63,687 nt of DNA, filler included, from Octopus bimaculoides (GCF_001194135.2; 8 parts of 5 records of this genome joined end to end with filler, not necessarily neighbours in it); one strand, 5' to 3'. Shown: positions 23,677 through 37,901, numbered from the whole stretch's first letter. Translations and numbers: made by a program. The notes: generated from the letters alone by a model not told the origin.

Positions 23677-23910
23677 CAAGGTGGGTCAAAATTCATCCGA
23701 CAGTAAATCAAAATTCCGTAAATATTATGTGTAATTGTGTATTGACTTGAATGGATAAAATGTGTCGCTCAAGGAGGACTTCAGTTTGAACAATTTTCAT
23801 CATGTTTCATATTTAGATGCTTTTATTAAATTCATTCAGTTGCTAAACATAAATAAATCATGGAATTAAATGGTTTTGATTTGTTGTCAAGTGACTTTTA
23901 GCCAAACCAG
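23677..23910. mobile_element. Tc1/mariner-like MITE
   Basis: TA on both flanks; imperfect TIRs CAAGGTGGGTCAAAATTCATCCGACA / TGTCAAGTGACTTTTAGCCAAACCAG. Confidence 0.55.
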
Positions 23911-25037
23911 TATATATATATATATATATNNNNNNNNNNNNNNNNNNNNNNNNNNNNNNNNNNNNNNNNNNNNNNNNNNNNNNNNNNNNNNNNNNNNNNN
24001 NNNNNNNNNNNNNNNNNNNNNNNNNNNNNNNNNNNNNNNNNNNNNNNNNNNNNNNNNNNNNNNNNNNNNNNNNNNNNNNNNNNNNNNNNNNNNNNNNNNN
24101 NNNNNNNNNNNNNNNNNNNNNNNNNNNNNNNNNNNNNNNNNNNNNNNNNNNNNNNNNNNNNNNNNNNNNNNNNNNNNNNNNNNNNNNNNNNNNNNNNNNN
24201 NNNNNNNNNNNNNNNNNNNNNNNNNNNNNNNNNNNNNNNNNNNNNNNNNNNNNNNNNNNNNNNNNNNNNNNNNNNNNNNNNNNNNNNNNNNNNNNNNNNN
24301 NNNNNNNNNNNNNNNNNNNNNNNNNNNNNACATATTCATCCATTGAGTTCTTTATCTTTTGTTCGTTCTACCAATCCTATACTTAAATAGATCTACCCAC
24401 AAAAAATACCAATGCACACACAGACGCACGCACAAGAACACACACACACTCAATCCACACACCTACACACTCAATCCACACACCTACACACAAACACATG
24501 AATGTGAAGATAGATATTTACATTTTACACATAAATATTCATTTGTAAGCCATATGCTTTGCTCATATATACACACGCTCAGTTAAATTCACACGTGCAT
24601 ACGCACATAAGCACATATACACAAACACTGATGCACAAGCACACACAAAACTAGTATGTGTATTTTCGTGCCTCTGTGTGTATTTACGTAAGTGTTAGAA
24701 GAATGTTAGCGAGAACATATAGACATTGATTGCATAGATATATATGATTTTCTTTGATAGAATGTAAATAAGTTATTTTGCTCATAACTGTGAAGTTCCT
24801 TATAGTATCCCTTAGGCCTTCACTGACATTTTAAGTTTGTATATGCCGCATGTGAAACGATCAGAAGCATAGTGAAAACGTCATAAACACCAAAATTATT
24901 AACGTGTTTCGTTTCTGCCAAGAACACAGGACAAAAAGTAAAAGTAAGAATTCAGCTTTAAAAAAGGTCCAATAAAAGAACTGTGTATTCTGAAAGATGC
25001 TTACTCTATAACAAAAATACGTAATACAATAAATTTA

Positions 25038-25086
<49 letters not shown>

Positions 25087-25087
25087 G

Positions 25088-25415
25088 ATTGCTCAGTAGT
25101 TTTATTTTTATAACGTGCTTTCACTTCACTACCGAGCGCAGCTCTGTGTGCCTTGGGTATGTGCTGTGGTTTGCTGTGGTGCTCTTATGGTTACTGTATT
25201 GAAAGTGTTTAGCGTAGGATGTGTGCAGTGCCCAGTAGTGCTATTTACTCTGTATGTTATATCTATTTGTAAGTCCTGGTGTTTTTGTTATGTATTTGTC
25301 TGAATATTTTTTTATTATACCTAAGGCACCTACTATGATAGGAATTGTTTCTGTTTCTAGATTCCACATTCGAGTTACCTCTATTTCCAGGTCTTTGTAT
25401 TATTGTATTCCAGGT
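25088..25415 (-). mobile_element. R4/Dong-type LINE 3' fragment
   Basis: YKDLEIEVTRMWNLETETIPIIVGALGIIKK...ALLGTAHILR; (ATT)n on both sides. Confidence 0.85.
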
Positions 25416-25416
25416 C

Positions 25417-25502
<86 letters not shown>

Positions 25503-25504
<2 letters not shown>

Positions 25505-28500
25505 TATACGCACAACAGATGAAACTGTTGAAAAAGAAAAATTCCTAACATCGGGCTACAGCAAATAGCCTTAGATGCCAAGAATCGTCCTAAGTATCCT
25601 AGCTCTCTCTACTAACACTATTTTCCGGAGTTGTACGAAACAGAGTTTTATGCCTATTTCCTCTATTCATCATTTCAAATCTTTATCGATAGTTCCTATT
25701 TCACCTATAACTACAGGAATACATTTTCCTGCTCTTTCCATAATCCCGCTATTTTCTCTATACCTCTCATATTAATTTTCTCATCGTTTGGGACTGTAAA
25801 GTCAAGTATCTGGTATTTTCCATTCTCTTTAACCACTACAACTAAATCAGGCCTACTAGCTTCTATTACTCCGATAGTCTGAATGTTAAAGTTCGACAAT
25901 ATCTTATATTTCTTACTATCTTGCACTTTACAATGTTCATATGCATACCATTTATCAGTATGTTCAAATCCATGCCTTCTACAACACATCCAGTAGATTA
26001 CTCTCCCTGGATCGTCAGGTCTTTTCTTGTACTCTTTCTGTGCTAGCATACTACATTCACTTACAATATGAGGGACACTTTCCTCTTTTGATTTGCATAA
26101 CCTACATTGGAAATCTACTTGGCTTTTGTCTATCATGGCTTTTATCTAATTAGTCCTTAACGCTTGATCTTGTGCTGCTATTAATAATTTACTGTCTCCC
26201 TTTTCAGCCTTCCGCTATGCAATCATAACCATCTCTCACTACTATTTGCTAGAAGTATTCTTTGGAATGTACAATGCAAAGCCTTCTACCAGTAAGATAA
26301 CTTTTGTTCTTTTTTCTGGTTTTTAACTTCGTTCAGGTTTTAGGTTTTCTTGTCTTGCTGTGAAACAAGCAGCTCTTAAATTCTCTTCACTATTACCTAC
26401 ATTGGAGCCTATATCTACTCTAGATAACTCCATGCAGTCTTCTACTCATATCAAACCTCTTCTACCTTCCTTTCTAGGTAAGTATAATCTTGCTACGCTT
26501 GTTCTCGGCTTCTATTCATAGCGAATTCTATCCTAGTTCTTCTGCCAAGCTTTGCTCATTCAGAGTTTGTCCAATCTACAAAAGCTACTGAGTACCTAAG
26601 TAATGATATTACCGAAGTATTTACAGCCTTCTCTAGATTCGGACCATTTAGCTATGACTTCATTAGCTTCCTCACCCTTCTTATGTACCCCCTTTCAATT
26701 TTCGTTTTCATTTCTTTAGTCAGTACGCTGTCACATTCTCATACTCTTAGATATTTATAACTATCTCCTCCTTTTAATGTCTAGTCACCTAGTAGCTGGA
26801 TGCCTTCACTGTTCACTAGCTCTCCCCTTTTCATTACTGACATTGGACACTTATCTATGCCAAATTCCATGCCTATATCTTTGCTGAAGAGTCTTACAAT
26901 CTGTATTAAGGAGTCTATCTCTTTTTCATTCTTATTAAAGCGCTTCAGATCGTCCATGTAGAGTATATGGTCAATTTCTCCTTTAATATTTTTGAACTGA
27001 TAATCTACCTTTGTGTTCATTAATACTAAAGTGAGGGGGATCAAACGTAAGACAAATATTGTCTCCTTGCAACAATCCTCTCTCTTGATATTAACTTTCC
27101 CTAAAACTGTGTCACCTCAACTGAGATCTACTTGCCATTTCTTCATGCTAAAGCTAATTAATTCTCTAATGTTGTTTGCAATATTCAATGTACTCAAGCA
27201 TTCACTTATCCATGAGTTCGGAATCATGTCATAGGCTTTCTTATAATCTATCCATGCTATTGTTAAATTTTTCTTTCTAGATTTTAGTTAATTTAGAACT
27301 GCTTTGTCTATGGATAGTAGATCATGCGTTCCTCTAGCCTTCTTCATGCTACCTTTCTTCTGAAAGTTAATTCTGGCTGTCAAGGTGCTCGTATATGCTT
27401 TCCTGTCAACACCTTCCACACAAATGATGAGCAAATGATTGGTCTATAATTACTAGCTGTATTACCCTTACTTTTGTCCCTCTAGTCATCCAATCTGGTA
27501 TTATTCATCCATTAGGACAATCCCGAAGTTGTGTTCTCAGTCTCCCATGCAAGCTACTGTATTCCTTTAACCAGTGCCCTTGGACTAAGTCTGGTCTGAG
27601 CTCTTTCAATTCGGTATTTTCCCTGACACTTTACTCATTAATGTACTAGTTAATCTTGGAACTGGCTACTTCTAACTCACTACTTCTTCTCAACTTTCTA
27701 TAACTATACTGTATCTCCATTATGTTCGATTGGCTTATCCCAAATATCACTTCAGAACTTTCTAGCTTCTTTTGCAATACATTTCTCATCCTCAGTATTT
27801 TCTTCTCCACTATTTATTTGGCTATAAAATCTCCTCTGGTCTGTATCAAATAATCTATTCTGTTGATACTGATCTAATATTTTCTGATATCTGGAAAGCT
27901 TACCTGCTATTGTTATGACATGCTATTTCAACTCTTCTATGACTGTCCCAAATCCTCGCTCTTTGCCTAAGTATCTTTCAGTTATCAGGCTTTTTTTTAT
28001 TCTACTCAGATCTTATCTTAAATTCTTCACTTTATTTTGTTGACTCCTTTTCTACACTGGTCTTTTCTAATCTTTCCTTATGGAATACCTAATCGTGTAG
28101 TAACTGCTGCCCTTCCTTCATAGATCAATAAGTTAGTGTCTCGTATATTTTTAGTATCTATCTTACTAATAACAGAATCTACTTTCCTAGTCATATCTAG
28201 CAGTTTCCTTCGGTTGGTACCTTTTAATGCTAGCAACCTTTTTCTTAATTCTTTACTCATTGCTTCCTGCAATTCATCTAAAATCTTCTGATCTTCTTCA
28301 CTTAAATTGCTTAACTCACTGGTGCCAGTTGTCCCTTCATTGTTGGTAGTATATTATTTGTTATTTAAACCTGTGAGTGTCATGTTCATTAAGTTCTTCC
28401 TTTGTTTGAACTGTGTCTCTTATGTTGTTTGTTTTTCCTACTGTCTGGTTTTTCTTTTCCAATTCTCTTGTGATCTCTTCCACCTTAAATTCTCTCATCC

Positions 28501-28860
28501 AGTTTCTTCTCCGAATGGCATTAACGTGCTCTCCTAGTCTCCGCTCAGTCACTTTCAAAACCCCATATATATCCAAAATGTTAACATCCGTTTTCTATAA
28601 CCCCTTCTTTTCTAAGTAACATTGCATCTCTATCCTGTTTTCTTCACTGATCCACTGACTCCTCCTTAATCTACTATTTGCTGATGCAATCTTAGGATAA
28701 CAGCTGTAGTCAGTCTGCATCTTTACTGATCCACTGCTGAACGAGAGGCCTTTCCTTAAACGTCCAACCTAATTTTCGTTGTTACCACCAGAGTTTCTAT
28801 ACAAATCTATACAAATCCTTGTCTTTCATGAACTGAGGTAAAGAAAAGTTCGCCACCATC
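25503..28860 (-). mobile_element. Near full-length degenerate R4/Dong-type LINE (RT + CCHC + restriction-like endonuclease)
   Basis: GYRKRML...VTERRL N-terminus; HILYMDDLK RT motif; CRLCKSKEESVPHIVSEC zinc knuckle; RPDLVVV...ILDFTVP (PD-D/ExK); many stops. Confidence 0.9.
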
Positions 28861-28885
28861 GTCATCACCACTGTTATTATTCGAC

Positions 28886-28917
<32 letters not shown>

Positions 28918-29902
28918 GACTTTCTATTGCATCACTTGCTTCAGTTTCGTGGTGGTGAGGTGTGCGCTGCATTTATTTTTTATCCTTAGGGGAATATTGT
29001 ATTGCATCAGCATATTTTTTAGGGGATTTGGTTTGAGTCTTCTGTTGTATTAGTTTTTGTATTGTGTGTTGTCTGTGCAGTCCGTGTTGTGCTGTATTGC
29101 GTATCGGATTTCTATTGCACATATTGTGGCGTTTGTTTATTTTATTGAGTATTTACTGTTTGAGTTTATTCCTATATGTTTCAGGAGGAGTGCTTCAATG
29201 TAGTGTGTGTGTATACATAAAAAATCAACCACTTCATTGTATTCATGGTTATCTATCCATCATTCTTTATTTTTTTTCTTTCTGGCGGGGTTCGCTATTC
29301 GTTTGGGCAGTCACATTAAGAGATGGTCTTTACAGCGTTTACTGTTTGACAGAACACCACCCATGCACGTGTATTCAATCTTCTTTCTTATAAATTTATT
29401 GATTTATGACTAAGAGACCGAGAAGAAATCAGCTATGTGCATATTTATAGAGGATTTCTAGAGATATCGATGCATATGTGATTAGAATTTCACTCACAAG
29501 CTTGCAGTTTTCGTATAAAGTAATTGCAGTCCAAGTGTTTACCTTTTCACGCACGTTTTGCTGTGGCAGCGCATATATAAAGGGAAGCTTTATATATATA
29601 TATATATNNNNNNNNNNNNNNNNNNNNNNNNNNNNNNNNNNNNNNNNNNNNNNNNNNNNNNNNNNNNNNNNNNNNNNNNNNNNNNNNNNNNNNNNNNNNN
29701 NNNNNNNNNNNNNNNNNNNNNNNNNNNNNNNNNNNNNNNNNNNNNNNNNNNNNNNNNNNNNNNNNNNNNNNNNNNNNNNNNNNNNNNNNNNNNNNNNNNN
29801 NNNNNNNNNNNNNNNNNNNNNNNNNNNNNNNNNNNNNNNNNNNNNNNNNNNNNNNNNNNNNNNNNNNNNNNNNNNNNNNNNNNNNNTATATATATGTATA
29901 TA

Positions 29903-29946
<44 letters not shown>

Positions 29947-29970
29947 GGAGGAGGAGGAGGAGGAGGAAAT
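29903..29970 (+). repeat. (GAT)n-(GAG)n microsatellite; (AG)n follows at 30168-30245
   Basis: Direct reading. Confidence 0.95.
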
Positions 29971-30160
29971 GTAGATGATGATATAAGAAATGAAAAATAT
30001 TATGGTGTATGTTTTGCATTACAGTTCAGGAAAACGAAAAAGGAGAAACTGGTGCACAGCCGGATATATACAAACATACCGCTGTGTATGTATATACGTA
30101 TGTATGTATGCATGTATGTATGTATACAGAGAGAGACAGAGAAAAGAAGGAGGGGGAGGG

Positions 30161-30249
<89 letters not shown>

Positions 30250-31214
30250 AAGAGACTAAAGCTGACAGTCGGATAGACATACGTACAGAGAGACGACCGA
30301 CGACAGAATAAGCTAATCAATTAAACGTAATGAAGATACACCATTTGAAAAAGAAAAGAAGATGAATCGGAGAAAGGAAAGAGAGAAACAGATTTATAAA
30401 GGAAAGAAGAAAGCAAAGAAACAAAAAAACTGAAAGCCATGTTAAAATAAAGCTGTTTTGGTATTCTACAAATTTAATTAGGCTGTTGCTAGTTGTTCAG
30501 ATTCTCAATTGAATTATAAGGCCAAACATTTTGATTAGCTTGTATATAGCATTTACTGTCATCGTCGTCCTAGCTGTCGTCATCGTCGCTGACGTTGTCA
30601 TCTTGGACGTAGTTGTTAATTAGCCTTAACTCAACTCTGATCAAAGAGACCAATGATGAAAATCACTTGAGACAGGTAGCATCATGCTGCATTTTAGGTT
30701 GCTTCTTGGTCTACATTATCCAATGTGTGATTCTGATTAGCTTTTATCGATTTATGGAAACAATTCTAGCATATCAAGCGATAGCGTAGAGGCTTCCACC
30801 TACTGTTGTAGTCATGTACACTGAATTACTTCTGATCAACCAGTCCTGTGAGGAAAGATGTTCTAACTATGACCATGCAGTCTTTGATCAGAAAATTTAT
30901 GAAAGATAACATTGTCGCACGTGTTCTTCAAAATAAATGAGGTGAATTTGAGGAACATTTTAGCTGCCATTTATAACATTACAAGCCACGCGTTGACGTT
31001 TGCGCGTTCACTGCTAACAACATATCTGCAGTTTGAGCTGAACATAAGCGAGAATCTAATTTCCTTTGATCGTACTACCTGAAATCATTTTAAGAACGAC
31101 TGATATATTGGTATATGGCAAACTAAGCCCATACCAACACTCACTCTCTTTCTATCTTCTCTTTCTCTCTTGAGCTTCTCTTTGTCTTTCTATTTCTCTC
31201 TCCCTCTTCATATA

Positions 31215-31269
<55 letters not shown>

Positions 31270-31689
31270 TTGTGTGTGTGTGTGTGTATATGTGTGTGTG
31301 TAGAGGGAATTTAAGATATGTGCGGGATACAGGGAAAAGAAAATTCTGTCGGCTCAAGGCTATTTTTGTTTCATAAATAAGGACCATTTTTTTCTTACGA
31401 TACCTCTCAATCGTATACCAATCATTAAACTTGTGAAAAATAATGATAGTTTCACAGATTATTAACAGCCGTTGACAACTGGCCAAATAATGGGGGTAAC
31501 AAAAATATAAAGACTCTCGTTGTGTGTCATTTGAATTGATTGAATAGAAGAATGGGAAGGAATTGAATGTTAATACAAATATGAATTGCAAAGCAAAAAT
31601 AAAATCTCATTTACTGACAATGCAATGAGAATCACATCGTCCAAACAGGATAAAAATTAATACACTGGGTCAGGGTAACAACATTAGAA

Positions 31690-32400
31690 GCCAGGGATCA
31701 TCAGGGTGGATGACATGAGAAGCTCTTTGCATATGGTACTCGATGAAACAAGTTTCCAAACAGAGAGAGAGCCTGTCTTTTCCAGATCTCCTGCATTAGA
31801 TGTAAAGGTTTTGATATATATTATCAAACCTTCTGGTGGAATCATTTCAGCATTTTTTTTGTGCTATCGACATGTCGTCCATGTCGCAGAAGACTATTCC
31901 AGGATTATGATGCAAGGGTTACTGGAAAATTCAGCCCCTCCCTAACCAAACTCGTTCTTCTAGTGTCCACTTACAGTTTAATTTTTCTCAGTATCCATCC
32001 CCGGGGATGGAAACTGAGGTTCACAACAGATTACATTAGATTAAGTCCGGACCCTTGAAAAAGTATATTTCGCTTCTCACACGACTCATCTCGAACAGGG
32101 GTATAAATCACTTTAGTTTTCTTCAGGTTAAAAGTAGTACTGGTGAAGAGGCTCATTGTTTTCTGAATATTTTTCTCCCTGGAATGCGGTGAGCTGGCAG
32201 AAACGTTAGAACGCCGGGCAAAATGCTTAGCAGTGCTTCGTGTATCTTTACATTCTGATTTCAAATTCCGCTGAGGTCGACTTTGCCTATCATTCTTTCG
32301 AGCCTTGTGCCTAAAGTAGAAAAGAATATTTTTCTCCCTGGGAAACACAATATCACTATCATCAGCATAGAACAAATCACCAAATAGAGAGTTGCAAATC
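31690..32400 (-). mobile_element. RTE-clade LINE RT remnant interrupted by a SINE
   Basis: DLFYADDSDIV, NLKKTKVIY, later FHQK...SNAGDLEK; disrupted. Confidence 0.75.
32183..32323 (+). mobile_element. SINE 'A' insertion with 18-bp target-site duplication
   Basis: GAATATTTTTCTCCCTGG at 32165-32182 and 32324-32341. Confidence 0.9.
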
Positions 32401-33006
32401 ACCAAATAGAGTTGCACGTATCCAATGTGCAACTTCAAACTCTCAAATATCGGCTGCTATCGTCCACTGACGAGAAAAGAGAAACACGACTGGCAGGAGG
32501 ATAGGTTTTATATATATTTTTTCCACAATATTTTAGCCAACCAAGTGAACTCTACTATGCCAACCCATCCAAGTCAACCCCATTAACAAATCTTTGTGGA
32601 TACAAGATGGGGAGTTTTCCAAATCTTAATTGTATATTGTGACTAGAGCCATGGGTCTACCAATTACAGCTGGAGTTACAGTTCGTTTGCCCAATTTCTT
32701 AATTACTTTCTATATTCCCGTGCACTTTCCTTAGTTACTTGTAATTAAGCTGGGGTTTTTTAGAACAAAGACCCGTTAAATGTCATGTTTTGTTTTTCTT
32801 TTGTTCTTTAGATTTATCTTAATGAAGAACTGGTTTCGTCGACGAAAGCATGATCGTGATGCAGATTATACATTTTAGGAGTAGCAGTCATTTGTGATCT
32901 ATGCTTACTGTGGATATAAGTGCGAGTGTGTGTAAACTTCTGTGTATACAGACATGCGTACCCACACACACACAAGCACACACAGTCTGTACATATATAA
33001 AAATGC

Positions 33007-33060
<54 letters not shown>

Positions 33061-34785
33061 TTTATTATTTATATGTATGTGTAATGGACGCGTGATTCCT
33101 GCATAATCTGCTTGGTTTAGTTGTAAAAGTTTATCTCCCAGATCAAGTATAAGCTCTTGGTTTATACATGCGTGTGCATATTCTGAAGTAAAAAAAGAAA
33201 CTTCACAGATGGGAAGGTCTATGTAGATATATGCATGTACATGTAAATATTTATAAACCTGTACTTTCAGAGCTATTATTTCGCACGAACCATGCTTAGG
33301 ACAGAGTAGATCTTTATATCCAGATCAGAAAGTATATTTTCATATCGATCTGAATACTTAAACCAGTGTGATTATATAAATGTATGTATGCGTTTGCTAC
33401 GCCCTGTTTATGTACGAACCAGTATAGTGAGAATGATTTCAATTAAATTTGTTTCGAACATATGCCAAACAAGAAGAGAGCAAAATTATCCTATTACATT
33501 TCAAATTTTAAAGAACATGGTGCTATTTTTTTTTATATCTAAGTGTCTTTTAGCAATACAGTGTATTCGGATTATGTACAGCCGATAATAACCTCATACA
33601 GAAAAATAAATCTTCACAATTCTGTACATTATATATGCATGAGAACATAGATCTTTACTAAAGTCCGATAAAATCATGCGATTCAGAAAATAATAGAATT
33701 TCATACTTAGAACTGATATTTATTTTTTGGAAACCCATTTTTACATGTTGCTCATAATGTACACGATACCGTTAATGCATGCGACTTCACAGTAATATTA
33801 TTTTTTCTTGTCTTCTTTAATTACATTATTTCTGATCAGAGATTTTTTAAGGATTCCTAAGTATAGGAAATAAACATACCTTTATTATTAGCATTGTTCG
33901 TATCTGCCCCCAAATACTCATGGTTGCCATGACTTTTTTGTTATGAAGGACACTATAGGATTCGGATATTTTATAGAAGGTTCTGAAACCATTCTCTTTA
34001 TACTCTCAAGCAATGTGGTTTTTGATATTAAAAGAAAACAGTTTGATTAGCTTAGTATGTGTGCAGGTGATAGTAATTATTGTTAAAAATAAATCACAGT
34101 GTATGCACCAAGCGGCCTCCTGCTTTGATGCTCAGTGCATTTCAGAATTAGTATTCTGATCTTATTACTGGTTTCAGTCATAGCGCTGTATAGACATAAT
34201 GGTGTTACCGTATTCAGAAGAGCACCCAGTTATGTTGATCCAGTACTAAACATATACTTCTTCAATCGACTTTGGCAGAATGAAAGACAAAGTCAACGTG
34301 GCAAGGTTTGAACACAGTCAAATTCTGCAAAATATGTTGCCTGGTGCTCTGTCTATTCTGCCAATGCACCATGTAAATTAATTGAATAAATTTTGCCTCC
34401 CTCACACACATATATTCAATAACTCATAATTTTGTAGCCTGTCATGACTAAAAAAGTTCTATTTTTGAACTCCCCCGCCCCACGATACATATTTTCAAGC
34501 CGAAAAGTAATCAGATGCACGCTAATAGCTTCATTTGACGTACGCTTTTTTTCCTGAAAACTAATTGGAGAGAGATGAGTGAGGGCGATATGAAGAGAGT
34601 ATAAAAAATATAAACGTTTTATTTATTTTCTTTTTTTGTGGACGTTCAATTGATTCCGTATTAGTAGAGAACCATATTTTTACAACTAGTGACTATTGAT
34701 AATCTAATGAAAAGAAAAAATTTCTATACAAATTTTTACAATTTCTCTGATAGCAAGCTACATAAGTCTTTCTGTTCTATTCATT

Positions 34786-34821
<36 letters not shown>

Positions 34822-35499
34822 TGGGTTTTTATTTTCCTTTCAGTCGTTCTTTTGTTAAAGTTCCTTCTATTAGAATTTCACTTTTTCTTTTTATATTCTA
34901 CATTTTTATTAGATTTAATGCATTTTCTTTTACTTAATTAGAGTACTTTGTAGCCCTAATATTTCGTCCAGTTTTAGCTATTGTATTTTCCGTATTATCC
35001 GTATTTGTTGTTGCATTTCCTAATACTAGATCTAGAAATAAACACCATGTCTACTTTATCTTCACTTCTTTCCTGTCAACACCACAACTGATGCCGCTAT
35101 TCTTCGTTTTTCCTCTTTTCTTCTTTCCAACAACTATTCTAGCATAATTTGCATTTTCCTTTTAATTCTCAATCTCATCTATCACTTCAGTATTGTTTCT
35201 ACGAGCATAAATAATTTACACATAAGAGTTTTTGTTAAATATTTAGTCCATGAATAGCAATAGATTTCCAGAATTAAGGCAGCAATCAACAAAATACCAT
35301 AAGTCATGTCCGTTCAAATTCCGTCAAGTTCATCTTTATCACTCCTCATTCTGGATCGATGAAGTTAGTATTAATTAGTCGTTGGTGTATCGGAAACAGA
35401 AAAATACGATATTTAGTTACCATGTTAGATAGCATATAAAATGCGCATTTTCTCCCAAAGTGTCTAAAAAATATTGCCAAGTTGAGCCTATATGGTACT

Positions 35500-35705
35500 G
35501 GTTTCAAACTTTGAAACAAGGCTAGCAATTTAGGGAGAGGGTGCCAATCAATTACATCAATTCCAGTGCTCAGCTGGTACTTGTTTTATTGACCCTGAAA
35601 GGATGGAAGGTAAAGTCGAATGCGGTGGAATTTGAACTGAGAACGTAAAGAGGGACGAAATGCCGCTAAGCATTTCGCTCGGGTGCTAACGATTCTCCCA
35701 GTTCC
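35500..35705 (-). mobile_element. SINE 'A' (a more decayed copy lies at about 34140-34370)
   Basis: CTGGTACTTG...GACCCTGAAAGGATGGAAGGTAAAGTCG...GAATTTGAACTGAGAACG. Confidence 0.85.
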
Positions 35706-36150
35706 TTACTGTCAGTTGGTTCTCTGTTATATGCTTTAATGCGATGAAAGCTTTTTTTCCTGAATATGCACTGCTGAAATCGGAGTGTGTTTAACATGAG
35801 TGCGGCTTTAATGCTATCAAATATGATATCCTTTCAGGGATTTTTTCTATTAGTAAAATAGTAATTGCAGTTAGTTCTGGGTTTTTTTTTCATTCTTTTA
35901 CTGGTTCCAAAAAGAACATGCTGCCATCACAGGCACACAATCGGGCATGATGTGAAACTATCTACAAGTGTTTTAGTCAATCACAACGACCGAGTAATTA
36001 AATCTGCTTGTCATTTTATCGATTTTATTTTAAAAAAAGTCTAAGTTACAGGACGTGAAGTTACACTACAAAAACGTAAGCAGAAATGCATACACACACA
36101 CACGCACACACACACATACACACACACACACACACACACANNNNNNNNNN

Positions 36151-36196
<46 letters not shown>

Positions 36197-36519
36197 GCAC
36201 AACGCTTCTTGATCTCATTGTGTGTGTGTTGTGTGTGTGTGTGAGCGTGCGCATGCGAGTGCGTGTGTGAGTGTATGTGTGTGTATGAGAGAGAAAGAAA
36301 GTGTGTACGCGCGAGTGTGTATGTGTGAGCAATGCAGCAGCTTTCCGCTCAGTTTCCATCCAACAAAATTCCCTTTCTGGCTTTTAAGTGTACCTGCGAT
36401 GCCGCATAATGAGATCGAACTAGGAACAATGTAATTGCAAAGTGATGTCATAAGCAGACGACGATGGAAGCATCTGTTAGAGTGAGTGAGTGAGTGAGTA
36501 TCTACTACTCAGCTGATTG

Positions 36520-37020
36520 TTTTTCCCACACGTATGATGTAGGATATTGCATTGCATAGCATCAGAACCGTCCCAGAGAAATCGGAACTCTAATCAGATC
36601 CTTCTTCAGTAAATGCTATCAAGTGTTACGAAATGATTAAGAGTAAAGTGTTTCTGGCCTTGTATAATACGTTTAGTAGTTGTTATATCGTTCTCAGCGA
36701 GTACACGTTTGCTTTCGTCATAGTTCATTATATATTGCATAGCTTAGGAATTAATTGTCTTAAATTTGAGTTATGATGAGAAGTGTAAAATGATTTCTTT
36801 GATATATGTAGCAATAGTGTCTTCCTGCTATTGGAGCACATCAACTGCCTTATACATTGATAGAAGATGCTGATGTCATTGATCATGGACGTAGTACATT
36901 TCTGGCTGAGGTATAAATGAATATTGTCGATAGAAGTTTAAAGAAGAATATCATTCGAAATTAGTATGCACCTGTGGTTAATAGTACAGCTATGTAGGTT
37001 AGGGAGAGTTTTGTCAAGAT
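36520..37020 (-). mobile_element. Possible very old LINE RT remnant
   Basis: Only scattered motif echoes (YKAVDV; VL-QG...FVTLD) across frameshifts. Confidence 0.25.
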
Positions 37021-37841
37021 TTCTTGATGTAATTATTTGTTTCCGGAAGTTCTTGAATATCAACATATTTTATTAAAATTCCTTAAATATATCAAATGTT
37101 TTTCTTCAAGAAATTATTACTTGACACTAGTGTGTAGAGAAGGATGATAAAGACTAGCGATCAGGTTTTCTGTTCTGTCTATGTTTATTTTATTTATTTG
37201 TGGTCTTGGCGAGAACAAAATAAAATAAAGCTGAAGGTCGCACAAACATTTTTCGTATAAATCTGTCGTTGTTACGGCCTTTACTAGATACTATAAGAAT
37301 TGTTTCTAATGCTAATGTAAAAAGAAAAAAAATAGTTAACTGATATAAAGCGTAGATTGTTGATAGATACGTTTTTGGTATTTAATTACGTCCATCAACA
37401 TTCTGAGTTCAGGTCAGTCCGTAATCAATTTTGCTTTTAATATTCCGACTATTAATAAAACAATTACAAAAGATTTTACAGTACTCGTGGAAACCGATTA
37501 TAAGTTCATCTGCAGTTTAGAACGTTATTAATAGAATTATTACTATTATTAATTGTTGTAAGGGACACAGGGAAACTGCTTAATAATTTAGGATTTACAT
37601 CAGAGTCTGTAATTCTTTACCCTACTAAACCATTTTTAGAAATTCTGTTTAGAATTTTTTAGAAATATTGGTTACTGCTGTAGGCAGCAGTAGAAAATAT
37701 GTGATTAATGACTATTTGGTTAGCTTTATTTTCTTTTATGAGTCTGGGATATGATACAAAAGCCCAAATAACATGTCTGTTTCACTTGGATACCACTGTT
37801 ACTTTATGTAGGACAGAATATGTATAAATCTAACTTTTTAG

Positions 37842-37901
37842 AAGCATGAGAAGAATGTGGTGGTTGCTAAAAATCCAACACAACTGTCCCGCATGATAGA
37901 G
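37842..37901 (+). CDS. Candidate 60-nt micro-exon (KHEKNVVVAKNPTQLSRMIE), product unknown
   Basis: CTAACTTTTTAG acceptor, GAG|GTAAAT donor and an open phase-0 frame in unique sequence; no homology recognised. Confidence 0.2.

Noticed and set aside
24440-24490. Short tandem units (21-bp x2 here; 21-bp x3 at 40188; 13-bp x3 at 60768) as CRISPR-like arrays
   Set aside because: No spacers, eukaryotic context; simple slippage duplications
35710-35772. Minus-strand 63-nt exon-like frame (QCIFRKKAFIALKHITENQLT)
   Set aside because: The donor comes from the decayed end of a SINE; no homology recognised
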